Shown here: in pieces, positions 54,390 to 64,000 of the stretch
Layout: each line of letters opens with the position of its first letter
How positions within the stretch are numbered: position 1 is the first letter of the stretch
Assembly (NCBI GenBank): GCA_050953835.1
Contig: JBMNNH010000009.1
Coordinates: 12,944-76,943 of the forward strand
Length of the DNA: 64,000 nucleotides
From: Acetivibrionales bacterium
Lineage (GTDB): Bacteria > Bacillota > Clostridia > Acetivibrionales > JBMNNH01
Direction: 5' to 3'
Position numbers and translations under genes: made by a program
The notes under the pieces: generated by a model
Told to the model about the DNA's origin: nothing
The model's input: only the letters and a program-made list of their open reading frames with translations
Databases searched by the model: none

Positions 54390-54629
54390 TTATTCCACTA
54401 TTATGTTTTCCGCTTCCGATTTTCTGAAAGTCAGTTCATATCCGCGAATGTTTACTTCAATAGGGTCTCCCAGAGGTGCTACCTTACGGATTAGTACTTC
54501 TGCCCCGCGTGTTACTCCCATGTCCATAAGCCTTCTTTTTACTGGGCCTTCTCCTGTTATCCTTGTAATTGTTGCCCTATCACCTGGTTTTAATTCCTTT
54601 AAACACCTTTCCAAACTATTCTCCCCCAT
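54390..54629 (-). CDS. feoA: Ferrous iron transport protein A
   Basis: RRLMDMGVTRG and APLGDPIE motifs. Confidence 0.95.
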   Translation of the reverse strand: MGENSLERCLKELKPGDRATITRITGEGPVKRRLMDMGVTRGAEVLIRKVAPLGDPIEVNIRGYELTFRKSEAENIIVE

Positions 54630-54632
54630 CTA

Positions 54633-54848
54633 TTACATTATTACTGAAAGCTGCTGAGCAAGACCTTTGTTCAGTGCTAATCTTGTTCCCTTAATATTAA
54701 TAATGATATTTCCATTTATCTCAGATACCACAGATATGGCAGTACCCGGTATAAGACCCAAACCTTCCAGGAACCTCTTTGTGGAATCCTTAGCCCTGCA
54801 ATCATTTATAACTGCTTCAGCCCCTATAGGCAACATCGTTAATGGCAT
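54633..54848 (-). CDS. feoA: Ferrous iron transport protein A (second paralogue)
   Basis: RFLEGLGLIPG...IKGTRLAL SH3-like pattern. Confidence 0.9.
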   Translation of the reverse strand: MPLTMLPIGAEAVINDCRAKDSTKRFLEGLGLIPGTAISVVSEINGNIIINIKGTRLALNKGLAQQLSVIM

Positions 54849-54888
54849 ATAAACCCTCCTCACATGTTTTAACAATTCTAAATATTAT

Positions 54889-54947
54889 TGAGAATCATTA
54901 TCATAATATTTTGATAATATTTTAGCAGCAGTGCTATATGTTGTCAA
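54889..54947 (-). promoter_or_regulatory. sigmaA promoter plus Fur box of the feo operon
   Basis: TTGACA-N17-TAAAAT (54947-54919); TGAGAATCATTATCA at 54889-54903. Confidence 0.85.
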
Positions 54948-55096
54948 TAAGAAAATTAATATGGAATAATATGGTTCATGCATAGAAAATACGACCATAT
55001 ATTATATACAAATATAACAATAATGGATTATTTAATGAATGGCAAAGCTAAGTAACTATAGCAATATAAACTCTCCCATATCCTTTATACACCATT

Positions 55097-56254
55097 TTAT
55101 TTGAAAATTGACTGCAGGAACTCCCCTATGGCACGAAACAGCAATTCAAAAAAGCCTGCCTTGGATACATCTCCAGCAGTGGATATATCAGCGGATGCTA
55201 GTGTTTCGCCATCCAGCCTGACTTCCAGTTTCCCGACATTGGTTCCTGCGGATACAGGTGCTTCCAATGAGTCCACACTCTTTAACGTAACAATCTCCAA
55301 ATCGTCTTTTTTTATAGAAGGTATCAGTATGGATATGCTATCATCCAGTTTAACGGCCACTTCCTGTTCCTTTCCCTTCCGGACTTTCAAATAATCAACA
55401 ATGTCCCCTTTACTCTTAACATCAACTATTTCAAAATTCTTAAAGCCATAATCCAATAATTCCTGAGATACTGACAGGCGCTCGCTTTCATCCTTTGTAT
55501 TCAGAACAACCGAAATCATCCTAATACCATTTTGCTGAGCCGTACCTACGAGGCAATATCCGGCTTCTTCGGTCCAGCCTGTTTTTAATCCGTCTGCTCC
55601 CGGGAATACGCCCAGCAAAGGGTTGCGATTATTTTGGGAAATATTATTATAGGTATATTCTCTCATCGATTCAATTTTTAGTATCTGAGGGTATTTTTGT
55701 ATCAAATAGCGAGCCAGGACAGCAATGTCTCTTGCACTCATACGGTGGCCTTCTGCTGGCAAACCATTGGAGTTGGCAAAATGTGTATTGGCCAATCCAA
55801 TCTCTTGTGCGCGTCTGTTCATAACCTGCACAAAGGCATTCTCACTGCCATACAGGTATTCAGCCAACGCTACGCATCCATCATTAGCTGAAACAACTGA
55901 AATCCCAGTAATAATATCCTCATACCTAACCTTAGAACCCACTTCAAGAAACATTCTTGAGCCCTCTACCTTCCATGCTTTTTCAGATACAGGAACAAGG
56001 TCATCCCATTTTGCTTTGCCCTGGTCAATTGCTTCAAATCCCAGTAACAGTGTCATTAGCTTTGTTATACTTGCAGGAGGCACGGGAACATCCGCATTTT
56101 TTTCATAAAGCACATTGCCAGTGGAAGCCTCCATAAGAACAGCAGATCTGGCTTGTATATCCACCTGTGCGAACACGTACATATTAGAATTTAGTATGAA
56201 AAATACTAAGATAAATACTGTAACTGCCAACCTGATCCTCTTTATTATATACAT
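55097..56254 (-). CDS. D-alanyl-D-alanine carboxypeptidase (DacA/DacF family)
   Basis: PASITK (SxxK), SAND (SxN) and KTG motifs; PBP5 C-terminal domain. Confidence 0.95.
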   Translation of the reverse strand: MYIIKRIRLAVTVFILVFFILNSNMYVFAQVDIQARSAVLMEASTGNVLYEKNADVPVPPASITKLMTLLLGFEAIDQGKAKWDDLVPVSEKAWKVEGSRMFLEVGSKVRYEDIITGISVVSANDGCVALAEYLYGSENAFVQVMNRRAQEIGLANTHFANSNGLPAEGHRMSARDIAVLARYLIQKYPQILKIESMREYTYNNISQNNRNPLLGVFPGADGLKTGWTEEAGYCLVGTAQQNGIRMISVVLNTKDESERLSVSQELLDYGFKNFEIVDVKSKGDIVDYLKVRKGKEQEVAVKLDDSISILIPSIKKDDLEIVTLKSVDSLEAPVSAGTNVGKLEVRLDGETLASADISTAGDVSKAGFFELLFRAIGEFLQSIFK

Positions 56255-56512
56255 ATGACTCACCCACATTTTGCATGATTAATAATAATATATAATTATG
56301 TTAACATCAAAACACTTCTTAAACAAATACAATATTTGTATGAAGCGCATATTTTCTGTATGCTCCATATTATTTCATGGACTGGTGTTCCAAATCTAAG
56401 AGGCCATAAATAAAACCCTTGTGTCAAATAAACTCATTAAACGGGCGCATGCTACATATGTGAAGAAAACGCCCCCATTTACATAGGATCTAAACAGCAT
56501 CAGAGCCTTAAA

Positions 56513-57568
56513 CTATTTTACTGCTTCTAATATTTGATTAATCCTGCCGTTTCCTTCAATTATCTCAATTTCGAGGTTGAACTCCCTCTTTTCACCCGGT
56601 TTAATGAACTCAAGAGTACCATTCTTTCTTTCTTTTGCCCTTCCTTCAACATGGCAGTTGCAGGGTTCAATTCCAACCACATATTCTCCTTCCCCCATCT
56701 GTTTCCACTGGGTAAGCCTCCCAAGCTGTTTTTTATTGAACCATATGGCTACTCCAAGTTCCTGTATCGGATTTATTAGAGCCGCAAAGGTTCTTCCGTT
56801 TTCATCAGCCCTTAATTCATGGTAGAATACCTGTTCATTGTAGCCAGGTGTAGGTACCTGCATCTTGGAATAGTCATCCAAACCTATTGCCGCATCTTCA
56901 TCCCTGGGGACAACCTTGATGCTAGGCGATACAAAGTAAGACTTGCTGGAAAGGAGAGGATACCCAAGATTGAAATGATAAAGCATCATTAAGGGCTCTT
57001 CCCTGAATCCCTGGTTTTCTACAATATCGTTGATGTATATCTTGTTTTCTCCATACTTGCAAGTAATTTCCCTATCAAGCACAACGTGTTCCGCAAAAAC
57101 GCCGGCCTCACGCATTTTACCCTTAACTTTCATAACGGGCTGGCCGCTTGTCCACTCTGTTCCAGCGTATACTTCTTCGGCAGGCGTGTTTGAAATACGG
57201 CCGTGGAGTCCCAGCTCCTCACCTTCATCATTGCAGGGTGAACCATTATAAGTCAAGCCGCATGTTGTTAAAAATCCTGCAAAAAAACTTCTCAGGAAAC
57301 CCTTGCCCGATTGCTGGAAATATTCTGGTGCAACTATTCCTGTTTTTGATATGTAGCTGAAATTAACACATTTATATGATAGATATGCCATATCCAGGCC
57401 TCTGTCAGGCAACACAGTGAATTCCAGGCCTGATCCGTTCTTAATATCCACTGCCCTTACTCCATCCGCTTTGCCTCCATTGATTCTGTAATCCTTGACT
57501 CCAAAAAGCTGTGATAAATCTCCTACATACTTCATTAAATCTCTTTTGTCGGTTTCAACTTTGCTCAT
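56513..57568 (-). CDS. Aldose-1-epimerase-like protein (DUF4432)
   Basis: LPDRGLDM, GFLTTCGL, GLHGRI, LYHFNLG and GIEPCN motifs. Confidence 0.88.
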   Translation of the reverse strand: MSKVETDKRDLMKYVGDLSQLFGVKDYRINGGKADGVRAVDIKNGSGLEFTVLPDRGLDMAYLSYKCVNFSYISKTGIVAPEYFQQSGKGFLRSFFAGFLTTCGLTYNGSPCNDEGEELGLHGRISNTPAEEVYAGTEWTSGQPVMKVKGKMREAGVFAEHVVLDREITCKYGENKIYINDIVENQGFREEPLMMLYHFNLGYPLLSSKSYFVSPSIKVVPRDEDAAIGLDDYSKMQVPTPGYNEQVFYHELRADENGRTFAALINPIQELGVAIWFNKKQLGRLTQWKQMGEGEYVVGIEPCNCHVEGRAKERKNGTLEFIKPGEKREFNLEIEIIEGNGRINQILEAVK

Positions 57569-57775
57569 AATACCAGCAACCTCCTTTTTTGCAGCACATT
57601 TGACTAAATACTACTACGTGTAATTGGAAAACAATGTCTTACTTGATAATTATCAATTCCAATTATAACATATAATTCCTTCACATTGAATCATATACCT
57701 ATTGAGGAGATATGTTTTTTATATATGACCTATATTATTCCACAATACGGGGTATACAGAAAATATGTACTTCTA

Positions 57776-58003
57776 TTAAGGTTTTTTCTCCTTCACTTCA
57801 TAACCCTGATCTTCTATTACATCCTTTATAGTATTCAGTGATAACTTTTCATTATCAAATTCAACTGAAACCTTTCTGGAATTCAAATCCACATTTACAC
57901 CTGAAACTCCATTCAAACTCCCAACAGCCTTTTCAATATTGCTGACACATTGTCTGCAGGACATGCCGGATACTGTTAAAATAATATTTTTGTCTTTCAT
58001 CAT
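57776..58003 (-). CDS. copZ: Copper chaperone (HMA domain)
   Basis: GMSCRQC and IEDQGYEV motifs. Confidence 0.88.
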   Translation of the reverse strand: MMKDKNIILTVSGMSCRQCVSNIEKAVGSLNGVSGVNVDLNSRKVSVEFDNEKLSLNTIKDVIEDQGYEVKEKKP

Positions 58004-58259
58004 ATCATCTCCCTGTTAACATCATTTTCTGAGTCTCTTTCTGAGTCATAGTATTCTCTATTATCGGTATATAATATCCATATCCATCAAGGAAATTCAA
58101 CACCTGTTATATCAGCAATCGCGATAAATTGTCACAATGAACTAGGATAGTAAACAGACTTAAAATCCTTTTATACGTATAATTAATTAGTTAAATGAAT
58201 ATGGGCCATACAGAAAATTTGGCCCCTATGAAAACAAATTATGCTGGGAGGATAATCCA

Positions 58260-59192
58260 ATGTTTTTAAATATGAGCATCAAAAAGATAATTGTAGTGAC
58301 CATAATACTGTTAGTTACTGCACTTACATTAGGTATAGCAGTGTTGTCAACAATAACAAGGTCTTTAATAAACAACAGTATTAATACTCCAGATAGTTTG
58401 GTAGTAAATAGTGAAAAATCATTTAATTCTGGAGGTATAAAAAAAATAAATATTCGTACAGTAAGTGAGAATGTAAATATCATTGCTACAAACAGTCCGG
58501 AAATCAGCGTGGCCTTTTATGGCGATGCATCAAACAGTCATTCCGCACCAAAAATGTCAGCTGTTCAGTTAGGAAATAACATTGAAATCAAGGTAGAGCA
58601 TGGGAAACCTTACTTCAACTTATTTAGTTTCAACCGGAGTTTTAAACTTGATATCCACATCCCGCAGGACTATTCGGAAAGCATCGAAATTAGTGCCGTA
58701 TCTTCAGATATAAATATTTCAGGGATTGAACCAGAAAACCTGTACTGTAAAACAGTGTCGGGGAACCTAACTATTAACAGTAAATGCGGTAGTCTTAACT
58801 TCAGTTCAGTTTCTGGAAACCTTATTGCCGCTTCACTTCATACAGAGAATACACATTTTGATACAACATCCGGAAAAATGAAGGTTGAAAGTTTTACCGG
58901 AAACATGGAATTCAGTTCTGTTTCCGGAGATGTTGCAGTATCATATGAGAAATTTGATAATGACATATATATTAAAACTACCTCTGGAGATGCAAGAATA
59001 AAACTGCCAGAAAACTCTGAGTTTTATCTGGACTTTAAATCAACATCTGGTAACATAGAATCTGACTTTGCGGTTACAGTAACAGAAAGCAAAAGAAATA
59101 GCCTTAAGGGGACGGTTGGAAGTAACAAAAATAAGATAACCGTAAAAAGTGTTTCCGGAGATATGAATTTATATATGGATTCATATAAGTAA
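58260..59192 (+). CDS. DUF4097/adhesin-like beta-strand repeat membrane protein
   Basis: N-terminal TM segment; repeated (T/S)VSG(N/D) and TTSG units. Confidence 0.85.
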   Translation: MFLNMSIKKIIVVTIILLVTALTLGIAVLSTITRSLINNSINTPDSLVVNSEKSFNSGGIKKINIRTVSENVNIIATNSPEISVAFYGDASNSHSAPKMSAVQLGNNIEIKVEHGKPYFNLFSFNRSFKLDIHIPQDYSESIEISAVSSDINISGIEPENLYCKTVSGNLTINSKCGSLNFSSVSGNLIAASLHTENTHFDTTSGKMKVESFTGNMEFSSVSGDVAVSYEKFDNDIYIKTTSGDARIKLPENSEFYLDFKSTSGNIESDFAVTVTESKRNSLKGTVGSNKNKITVKSVSGDMNLYMDSYK

Positions 59193-59217
59193 AAGGCTGT
59201 GTCAGTACTCCAAAAAC

Positions 59218-59574
59218 TCAGGCAGTGCTCCCACTAAAAAATATTATCTCCACAAGCCTTACTATACCCTTTGCAATCAGTGCGTAAAAAATTGCTGCAA
59301 TAATGGCTGCAGGCTCAAGGACCAAACTCACATCCTCTCCGCCAGCCATTATTGTTCTGAATATCCCTGCAAATGGGGCTACTAATATGCCGGTTATCCC
59401 GTAGAGGAATGAAACAATGGGGCTTGCAGGGTTAGCGCCCAGCAATTTGAATATAAGTCTGAAGGCCAAAAGAACTTCAACTACACTTAGAATATAGTAA
59501 ACCACATTGCGTGACCTGTTAAACCTCTCATCCATCTCCACTACTTTTTTATTATTACTGTTTGATTCTTCCAT
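59218..59574 (-). CDS. YggT-family membrane protein
   Basis: LLAFRLIFKLLGANP and LVAPFAGIF motifs. Confidence 0.85.
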   Translation of the reverse strand: MEESNSNNKKVVEMDERFNRSRNVVYYILSVVEVLLAFRLIFKLLGANPASPIVSFLYGITGILVAPFAGIFRTIMAGGEDVSLVLEPAAIIAAIFYALIAKGIVRLVEIIFFSGSTA

Positions 59575-59734
59575 TCTACCCTCCTGAAAAAATTAATGCT
59601 GTTAATTTATTATTCGATAAACAAGCAAATATTATTACCATATGTGTCAAATCAAGCTCATAGGCATTTTGAATTAACCAGTCTTTCCACAACATAGACC
59701 ATGCAGAAAATATTTATCAGTTAAATATTCCCCC

Positions 59735-59763
59735 TTGAATACAAAATATTTCCATGTTATAAT
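59735..59763 (+). promoter_or_regulatory. sigmaA promoter (extended -10) of the zinc-ribbon protein gene
   Basis: TTGAAT-N17-TATAAT with TGn extension. Confidence 0.75.
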
Positions 59764-59881
59764 AAAGTTCGTACAAATAGATTTAATTTGTTTTTGAGTC
59801 TTATCCTCCTTAATAATAATAGTTTGGAGTGAAGAAAGCCAAAAATCAGTTAAATCCAAAATTATTAAGGAGGTATATTAT

Positions 59882-60082
59882 ATGCCGGATAAAACATTAA
59901 CATGCAAGGACTGCGGAAACGACTTCATCTTTTCCGAAGGTGAGCAGGAATTCTACAAGGAAAAAGGATTTGAAAATGAGCCTCAAAGATGTCCCGACTG
60001 CAGAAAAGCAAGAAAACAATCAAGAAGGAACAGGGATTTTGGCGGAGGCGGAAACCGGAGATTCAGCGGAAGCAAGTGGTAA
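59882..60082 (+). CDS. Zinc-ribbon domain protein (zf-trcl-like) with basic Arg/Gly tail
   Basis: DKTLTCKDCG..F.FSEGEQEFYKEKGFENEPQRCPDCR. Confidence 0.92.
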   Translation: MPDKTLTCKDCGNDFIFSEGEQEFYKEKGFENEPQRCPDCRKARKQSRRNRDFGGGGNRRFSGSKW

Positions 60083-60166
60083 TAAGGAAAGAGTTATTTG
60101 AAGGAGAGTTGTTACTCTCCTTCATTTATTATATAATAAAAAAAAACTTTGTGAGGTGTTTCATAT

Positions 60167-61885
60167 ATGAAAAATATCCCTCTGTATGAGGTTAGGCATA
60201 TCAATAGTTTAAAGGGAATGCTTGAATCCAGTGTGAAACTGTTCTCTAATAAAGCCGCCTTTCTGGTGAAAAACAATGAAACCGATACATATGAGCCCAT
60301 AACATATAAACAATTTTACCAAGAGGTTGAATGGTTGGGTACTGCATTTATAGACATGGGGCTTGGCAGCAAGAGAATAGCCCTTATTGCCGAAAACAGG
60401 TACGAGTGGGCAGTATCCTACCTGGCTGCAGTCAACGGCACCCCGATTATTGTACCTATAGATAAGGAACTGCCTCAAAACGAAATTGAAAACCTTATCA
60501 GGAAATCACAGGCCAGTGCAGTAATATTCTCAGGAAATAAAAGGGATGATATTTTAAATATTTCTCCAAACCTGGATTTTGTTGACTTCTATATTGATAT
60601 GGATGCTGATGAAAGCAAAGATAACTTTTTATCTTTTAGGGAGTTATTAGAAAAAGGCCGTAGGTTGGTTCAAACAGGCGACTCCAGATTTAAGGATGTT
60701 GAGATAGATGTTGAGGCAATGAGAATCCTTCTTTTCACTTCCGCCACAACCGATAAGTCCAAAGCAGTAATGCTGTGCCACAGGAATATCTGTTCAAACC
60801 TTATGGATATGGTTTCAATGACATATATAGGCCCGGATGATATTTTCCTTTCGGTACTGCCGCTTCACCATACCTATGAGTGCACTTGCGGCTTTCTATG
60901 CCCTTTATACTGTGGGTCAGCAGTCGCCTTCTGTGAAGGTTTAAGGCATATTCCAAAAAACCTTCAACAATCCAAGGCTACTGTAATGCTGGGTGTACCT
61001 CTGATTTTTGAAGCCATGTACCGAAGGATATGGAACCAGGCTTCAAAAAAGCCGGGTATGTCAAGGAAATTGCGTGTTGCTGTTATTTTAAGCAATTTTC
61101 TTCGCATGTTTAATATTAATATAACAAAAAAGGTATTCTCTCCAATCCATGATACCTTTGGAGGCAATATCAGACTGTTCGTGAGTGGAGCAGCAGGTAT
61201 TGACCCACAAGTTGCAAAAGGCTTCCGTGATTTCGGCATAGCTTTTATCCAGGGTTACGGACTTACAGAATGTTCACCCATAGTAGCGCTTAACCGTGAT
61301 GTGGATTTTAAAGACAGTTCTGCTGGACTTCCCTTGCCCAACATTCAAATTAAAATTGATAAGCCTGACTCCGAAGGAGTAGGCGAAATTCTGGTAAAGG
61401 GACCAAGCATAATGCTGGGATACTATGATAGTTCTGTGGATAATAAAAAGGCTTTTGAAGGCGGGTGGTTCCATACAGGGGACCTCGGGTATATGGATAA
61501 GGAAAAATTTGTGTATATTACGGGAAGGAAAAAGAATGTAATAGTGACCAAAAACGGAAAGAATATCTATCCTGAAGAAATTGAGACTCTATTGAACAGA
61601 AGCCCATACATAAAAGAGTGCCTTGTATACGGTGATAAAGATCCCAACTCAGGAGATGTTGCGGTTTCAGCTGAAATTTTGCCGGATATGGATTATATTG
61701 AGGAAAAGTTCAAGGAAAACATACCTTCACAGCAGGAAATCCACATCATGATACAAAATGAAATCAAAGCGGTTAATAAGAGCCTGGTAATCTATAAACA
61801 CATCAAGCACTTTAACCTCCGTGAGGATGAATTCGCCAAAACGACAACCAAAAAAATCAAAAGATATCTTGAAATAAATAAGTGA
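60167..61885 (+). CDS. Long-chain acyl-CoA synthetase-like AMP-binding protein
   Basis: LPLHHTYE, QGYGLTECSP, WFHTGDLG and GKNIYPEEIE motifs. Confidence 0.92.
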   Translation: MKNIPLYEVRHINSLKGMLESSVKLFSNKAAFLVKNNETDTYEPITYKQFYQEVEWLGTAFIDMGLGSKRIALIAENRYEWAVSYLAAVNGTPIIVPIDKELPQNEIENLIRKSQASAVIFSGNKRDDILNISPNLDFVDFYIDMDADESKDNFLSFRELLEKGRRLVQTGDSRFKDVEIDVEAMRILLFTSATTDKSKAVMLCHRNICSNLMDMVSMTYIGPDDIFLSVLPLHHTYECTCGFLCPLYCGSAVAFCEGLRHIPKNLQQSKATVMLGVPLIFEAMYRRIWNQASKKPGMSRKLRVAVILSNFLRMFNINITKKVFSPIHDTFGGNIRLFVSGAAGIDPQVAKGFRDFGIAFIQGYGLTECSPIVALNRDVDFKDSSAGLPLPNIQIKIDKPDSEGVGEILVKGPSIMLGYYDSSVDNKKAFEGGWFHTGDLGYMDKEKFVYITGRKKNVIVTKNGKNIYPEEIETLLNRSPYIKECLVYGDKDPNSGDVAVSAEILPDMDYIEEKFKENIPSQQEIHIMIQNEIKAVNKSLVIYKHIKHFNLREDEFAKTTTKKIKRYLEINK

Positions 61886-61934
61886 TAGGGTGCTGCATAA
61901 CTGCAGCACTATCATTATAATTACTGCTGCAACC

Positions 61935-61963
61935 GTATATCTTTAATCCATATGGAAATATTA
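61935..61963 (+). promoter_or_regulatory. Possible forespore (sigmaG/F) promoter of the ger operon
   Basis: GTATA-N17-AATATTA. Confidence 0.45.
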
Positions 61964-61997
61964 TTCTTATAATATTTTTAAATGGATGATGTAGTAA

Positions 61998-63581
61998 ATG
62001 TACAAATCAGGTAAAAACAAACCCAAAAATATTAATATCAAAATGAAAGCCGCAGTAAATGCTGAAGAACAGCAGCAGTTTACTATGTCAAAAAACCTTG
62101 AAGAAAACCTGTCAAAAATAAAAAAATTTCTGAACAACAGCTTTGATATAAGTGTCAGAAGGTTCAGAATTGCTGGTTCTCATGTTGAAGCCGCAATTGT
62201 ATTCATAGATAGCCTTTCAAAAGAGGATACCATACTTGAATACATAATGAAACCTCTTATGAGGGGTTGTTTGTCTATTACTGATAAACCAGACAAGGAA
62301 ATTGACATACAGATGATTAAGGATACTCTTGTAACATCAGGCCAGATAGGGGAATGGGACAGCTTTGATAAGACCATACTTGAGGTTTTATCCGGAAATA
62401 CTTTATTAGTGATTAATGGACTGGACAAAGGCATTACCATAAACACAAGGGAAGCTCCTGGAAGAAGTATTGATGAGCCGAAGGCCGAGCAATCGGTTAA
62501 AGGACCAAGGGAGGCATTTGTAGAAAATCTCAAGGACAACATCGGACTGCTCAGGAAAAGGCTTAAAGACCCAAATTTCACCTTTGAAATGAGAAAAATA
62601 GGAAGACGTGCGAAGGCTGATGTAATTATAGCATATATTAAGGGTATTGCTGATGAGGATATAGTAAAAGAGGTAAGAAAAAGGCTCAGTTCAGTCGATA
62701 TTGATGATGGAGTGGCGGCTGGACAAATTGAACATCTTATAAGCGACCACCCCAATTCCATATTTCCTTTGATTCAATCTACAGAACGGCCTGATAAGGC
62801 TATAGCAGGTGTTCTCGAAGGAAGGGTTGCCATTATTATAGACGGTACATGCAGTGTACTTATAGTTCCTGCCACATTCGCGATACTCATGCAAAGTGTG
62901 GATGACTACAATGAAAAATGGATAATAGGCTCTGTTATCCGACTGGGAAGGTATGCTGCATTTTTTACTTCCGCCCTCTTGCCTGGGCTCTATATTGCTG
63001 CTACATCCTTCCACCCCGGAATTCTGCCAACAAACATTATGCTTTCCATCGCCGGCACCCGCCAGGGTATCCCTTTTCCTGCATTTATTGAAGCTTTTCT
63101 GATGATTGCAGTCCTTGAACTTCTATTAGAAGCAGGAATCCGCCTTCCAAAAGCGGTTGGACAGACTGTATCGATAGTAGGCGGCCTGGTAATTGGGCAG
63201 GCAGCTGTAGAGGCAGGTATAATAAGCCCTGTCTTGCTGATAGTTGTTTCAGTTACTGCTATCTCATCCTTTGTGATACCCAATTATAGCCTTGGGCTTA
63301 CTTCAAGAATAGTAAGAGTTCCTTTTATGATCATTGCCACCATACTTGGGGCAGTAGGAACATCATTAGTTCTATTAGCCCTGCTGGGGTATACCGCTTC
63401 CCTTAAGAGCTTCGGAGTAGGATACCTTGAGCCGATTGCGCCATATCATTTAAGGGACTGGAAAGATACTTTAATACGCGGCCCTCAAAAAGTATTCGAC
63501 AAGCGCCCTGAGTTCCTTTCTCCTGAGGATACTCAAAGACAGAATGTGCGTAAAGGCGGTGGCAGCCGTGAGAGCAAATAA
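61998..63581 (+). CDS. Spore germination receptor A subunit (GerA/GerKA family)
   Basis: KGPREAFVE, TERPD, LLEAGIRLPKAVGQTVSIVGGLVIGQAAVEAG and SFGVGYLEP motifs. Confidence 0.96.
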   Translation: MYKSGKNKPKNINIKMKAAVNAEEQQQFTMSKNLEENLSKIKKFLNNSFDISVRRFRIAGSHVEAAIVFIDSLSKEDTILEYIMKPLMRGCLSITDKPDKEIDIQMIKDTLVTSGQIGEWDSFDKTILEVLSGNTLLVINGLDKGITINTREAPGRSIDEPKAEQSVKGPREAFVENLKDNIGLLRKRLKDPNFTFEMRKIGRRAKADVIIAYIKGIADEDIVKEVRKRLSSVDIDDGVAAGQIEHLISDHPNSIFPLIQSTERPDKAIAGVLEGRVAIIIDGTCSVLIVPATFAILMQSVDDYNEKWIIGSVIRLGRYAAFFTSALLPGLYIAATSFHPGILPTNIMLSIAGTRQGIPFPAFIEAFLMIAVLELLLEAGIRLPKAVGQTVSIVGGLVIGQAAVEAGIISPVLLIVVSVTAISSFVIPNYSLGLTSRIVRVPFMIIATILGAVGTSLVLLALLGYTASLKSFGVGYLEPIAPYHLRDWKDTLIRGPQKVFDKRPEFLSPEDTQRQNVRKGGGSRESK

Positions 63582-64000
63582 GCTCGCTCCTGTCCAGATT
63601 CTTACAATAACTGTTTCATCTGCATTTGGTGTAAGAGTTCTCACAGCACAGTATGACACCGTATCAGTTGCAGGCAGGGACGGATGGATATCTATGGGGC
63701 TTGGAGGCCTGTTTATTCTACTGTCTGCTGTTTTAGTTTTTTTCCCCCTTGCAAGAATCCATCCTGATATGGATCTTCCAATGATAATAATTGATGTATT
63801 CGGGAAAATTATAGGAAGAATATTCCTTATTCCCCTTACACTATATTTCTTGTTATGTATAAGCTTTTCATTAAGGATATTTGTGCATGCAATAGAGCTC
63901 TTCCTGCTTAGCGAAACCCCTATTTCCTTTATTGTGATTGTCAGCACCCTGTGCGTAGTATATGTTGTCAGTCTGGGAATAAATGTAATAGGAACGTCTG
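63568..64000 (+). CDS. Spore germination receptor B subunit, truncated by the window end
   Basis: GTG start overlapping the A-subunit end; AGRDGWIS and FLLSETP motifs; frame open to the edge. Confidence 0.85.
   Translation, partial: MRANKLAPVQILTITVSSAFGVRVLTAQYDTVSVAGRDGWISMGLGGLFILLSAVLVFFPLARIHPDMDLPMIIIDVFGKIIGRIFLIPLTLYFLLCISFSLRIFVHAIELFLLSETPISFIVIVSTLCVVYVVSLGINVIGTS

Noticed and set aside
57735-57757. CsoR operator-like TATTCC...GGGGTATA near copZ
   Set aside because: Poor symmetry, and it lies downstream of copZ rather than at its promoter.

Overview
A 64-kb chromosomal window from a low-GC, spore-forming, flagellated clostridial Firmicute (Acetivibrio/Ruminiclostridium-like; inferred from gene content). 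Most of it is core or metabolic DNA: amrA-amrS, cdaA-cdaR-flavoprotein-glmM, glmS ribozyme-glmS, pgi, T-box-pheST, araD/araB, galTKE, feoAAB, a ger receptor operon and two tRNAs. Two IS elements (IS6-family and ISLre2-family) have clear inverted repeats and target duplications. The most unusual region is the ~8 kb directly downstream of glmS. There, co-oriented accessory genes are interleaved with a REP-like hairpin repeat, TA(A/T)GACAGGGGACGGTTCT(G/A)TGTC, and four C-terminal remnants of what looks like a REP-associated tyrosine (HUH) transposase. The repeat occurs as nested copies that share an exact 5' start but end at variable points, begins at or next to several stop codons, and in one case is flanked by a 50-bp duplication. 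This pattern suggests an HUH-driven gene-accretion hotspot, but no intact transposase is in the window. Other highlights are a glmS ribozyme with a ~40-nt hairpin inserted in its core, a kinase-free transketolase/GarR/SDR/TTT cluster suggesting an undescribed sugar-acid pathway, and a two-state RBS-sequestering leader upstream of a zinc-ribbon protein. Caveat: at least seven genes carry single-base indels, mostly in homopolymers, which probably reflect assembly error. All product calls come from motif recognition; no database searches were run.
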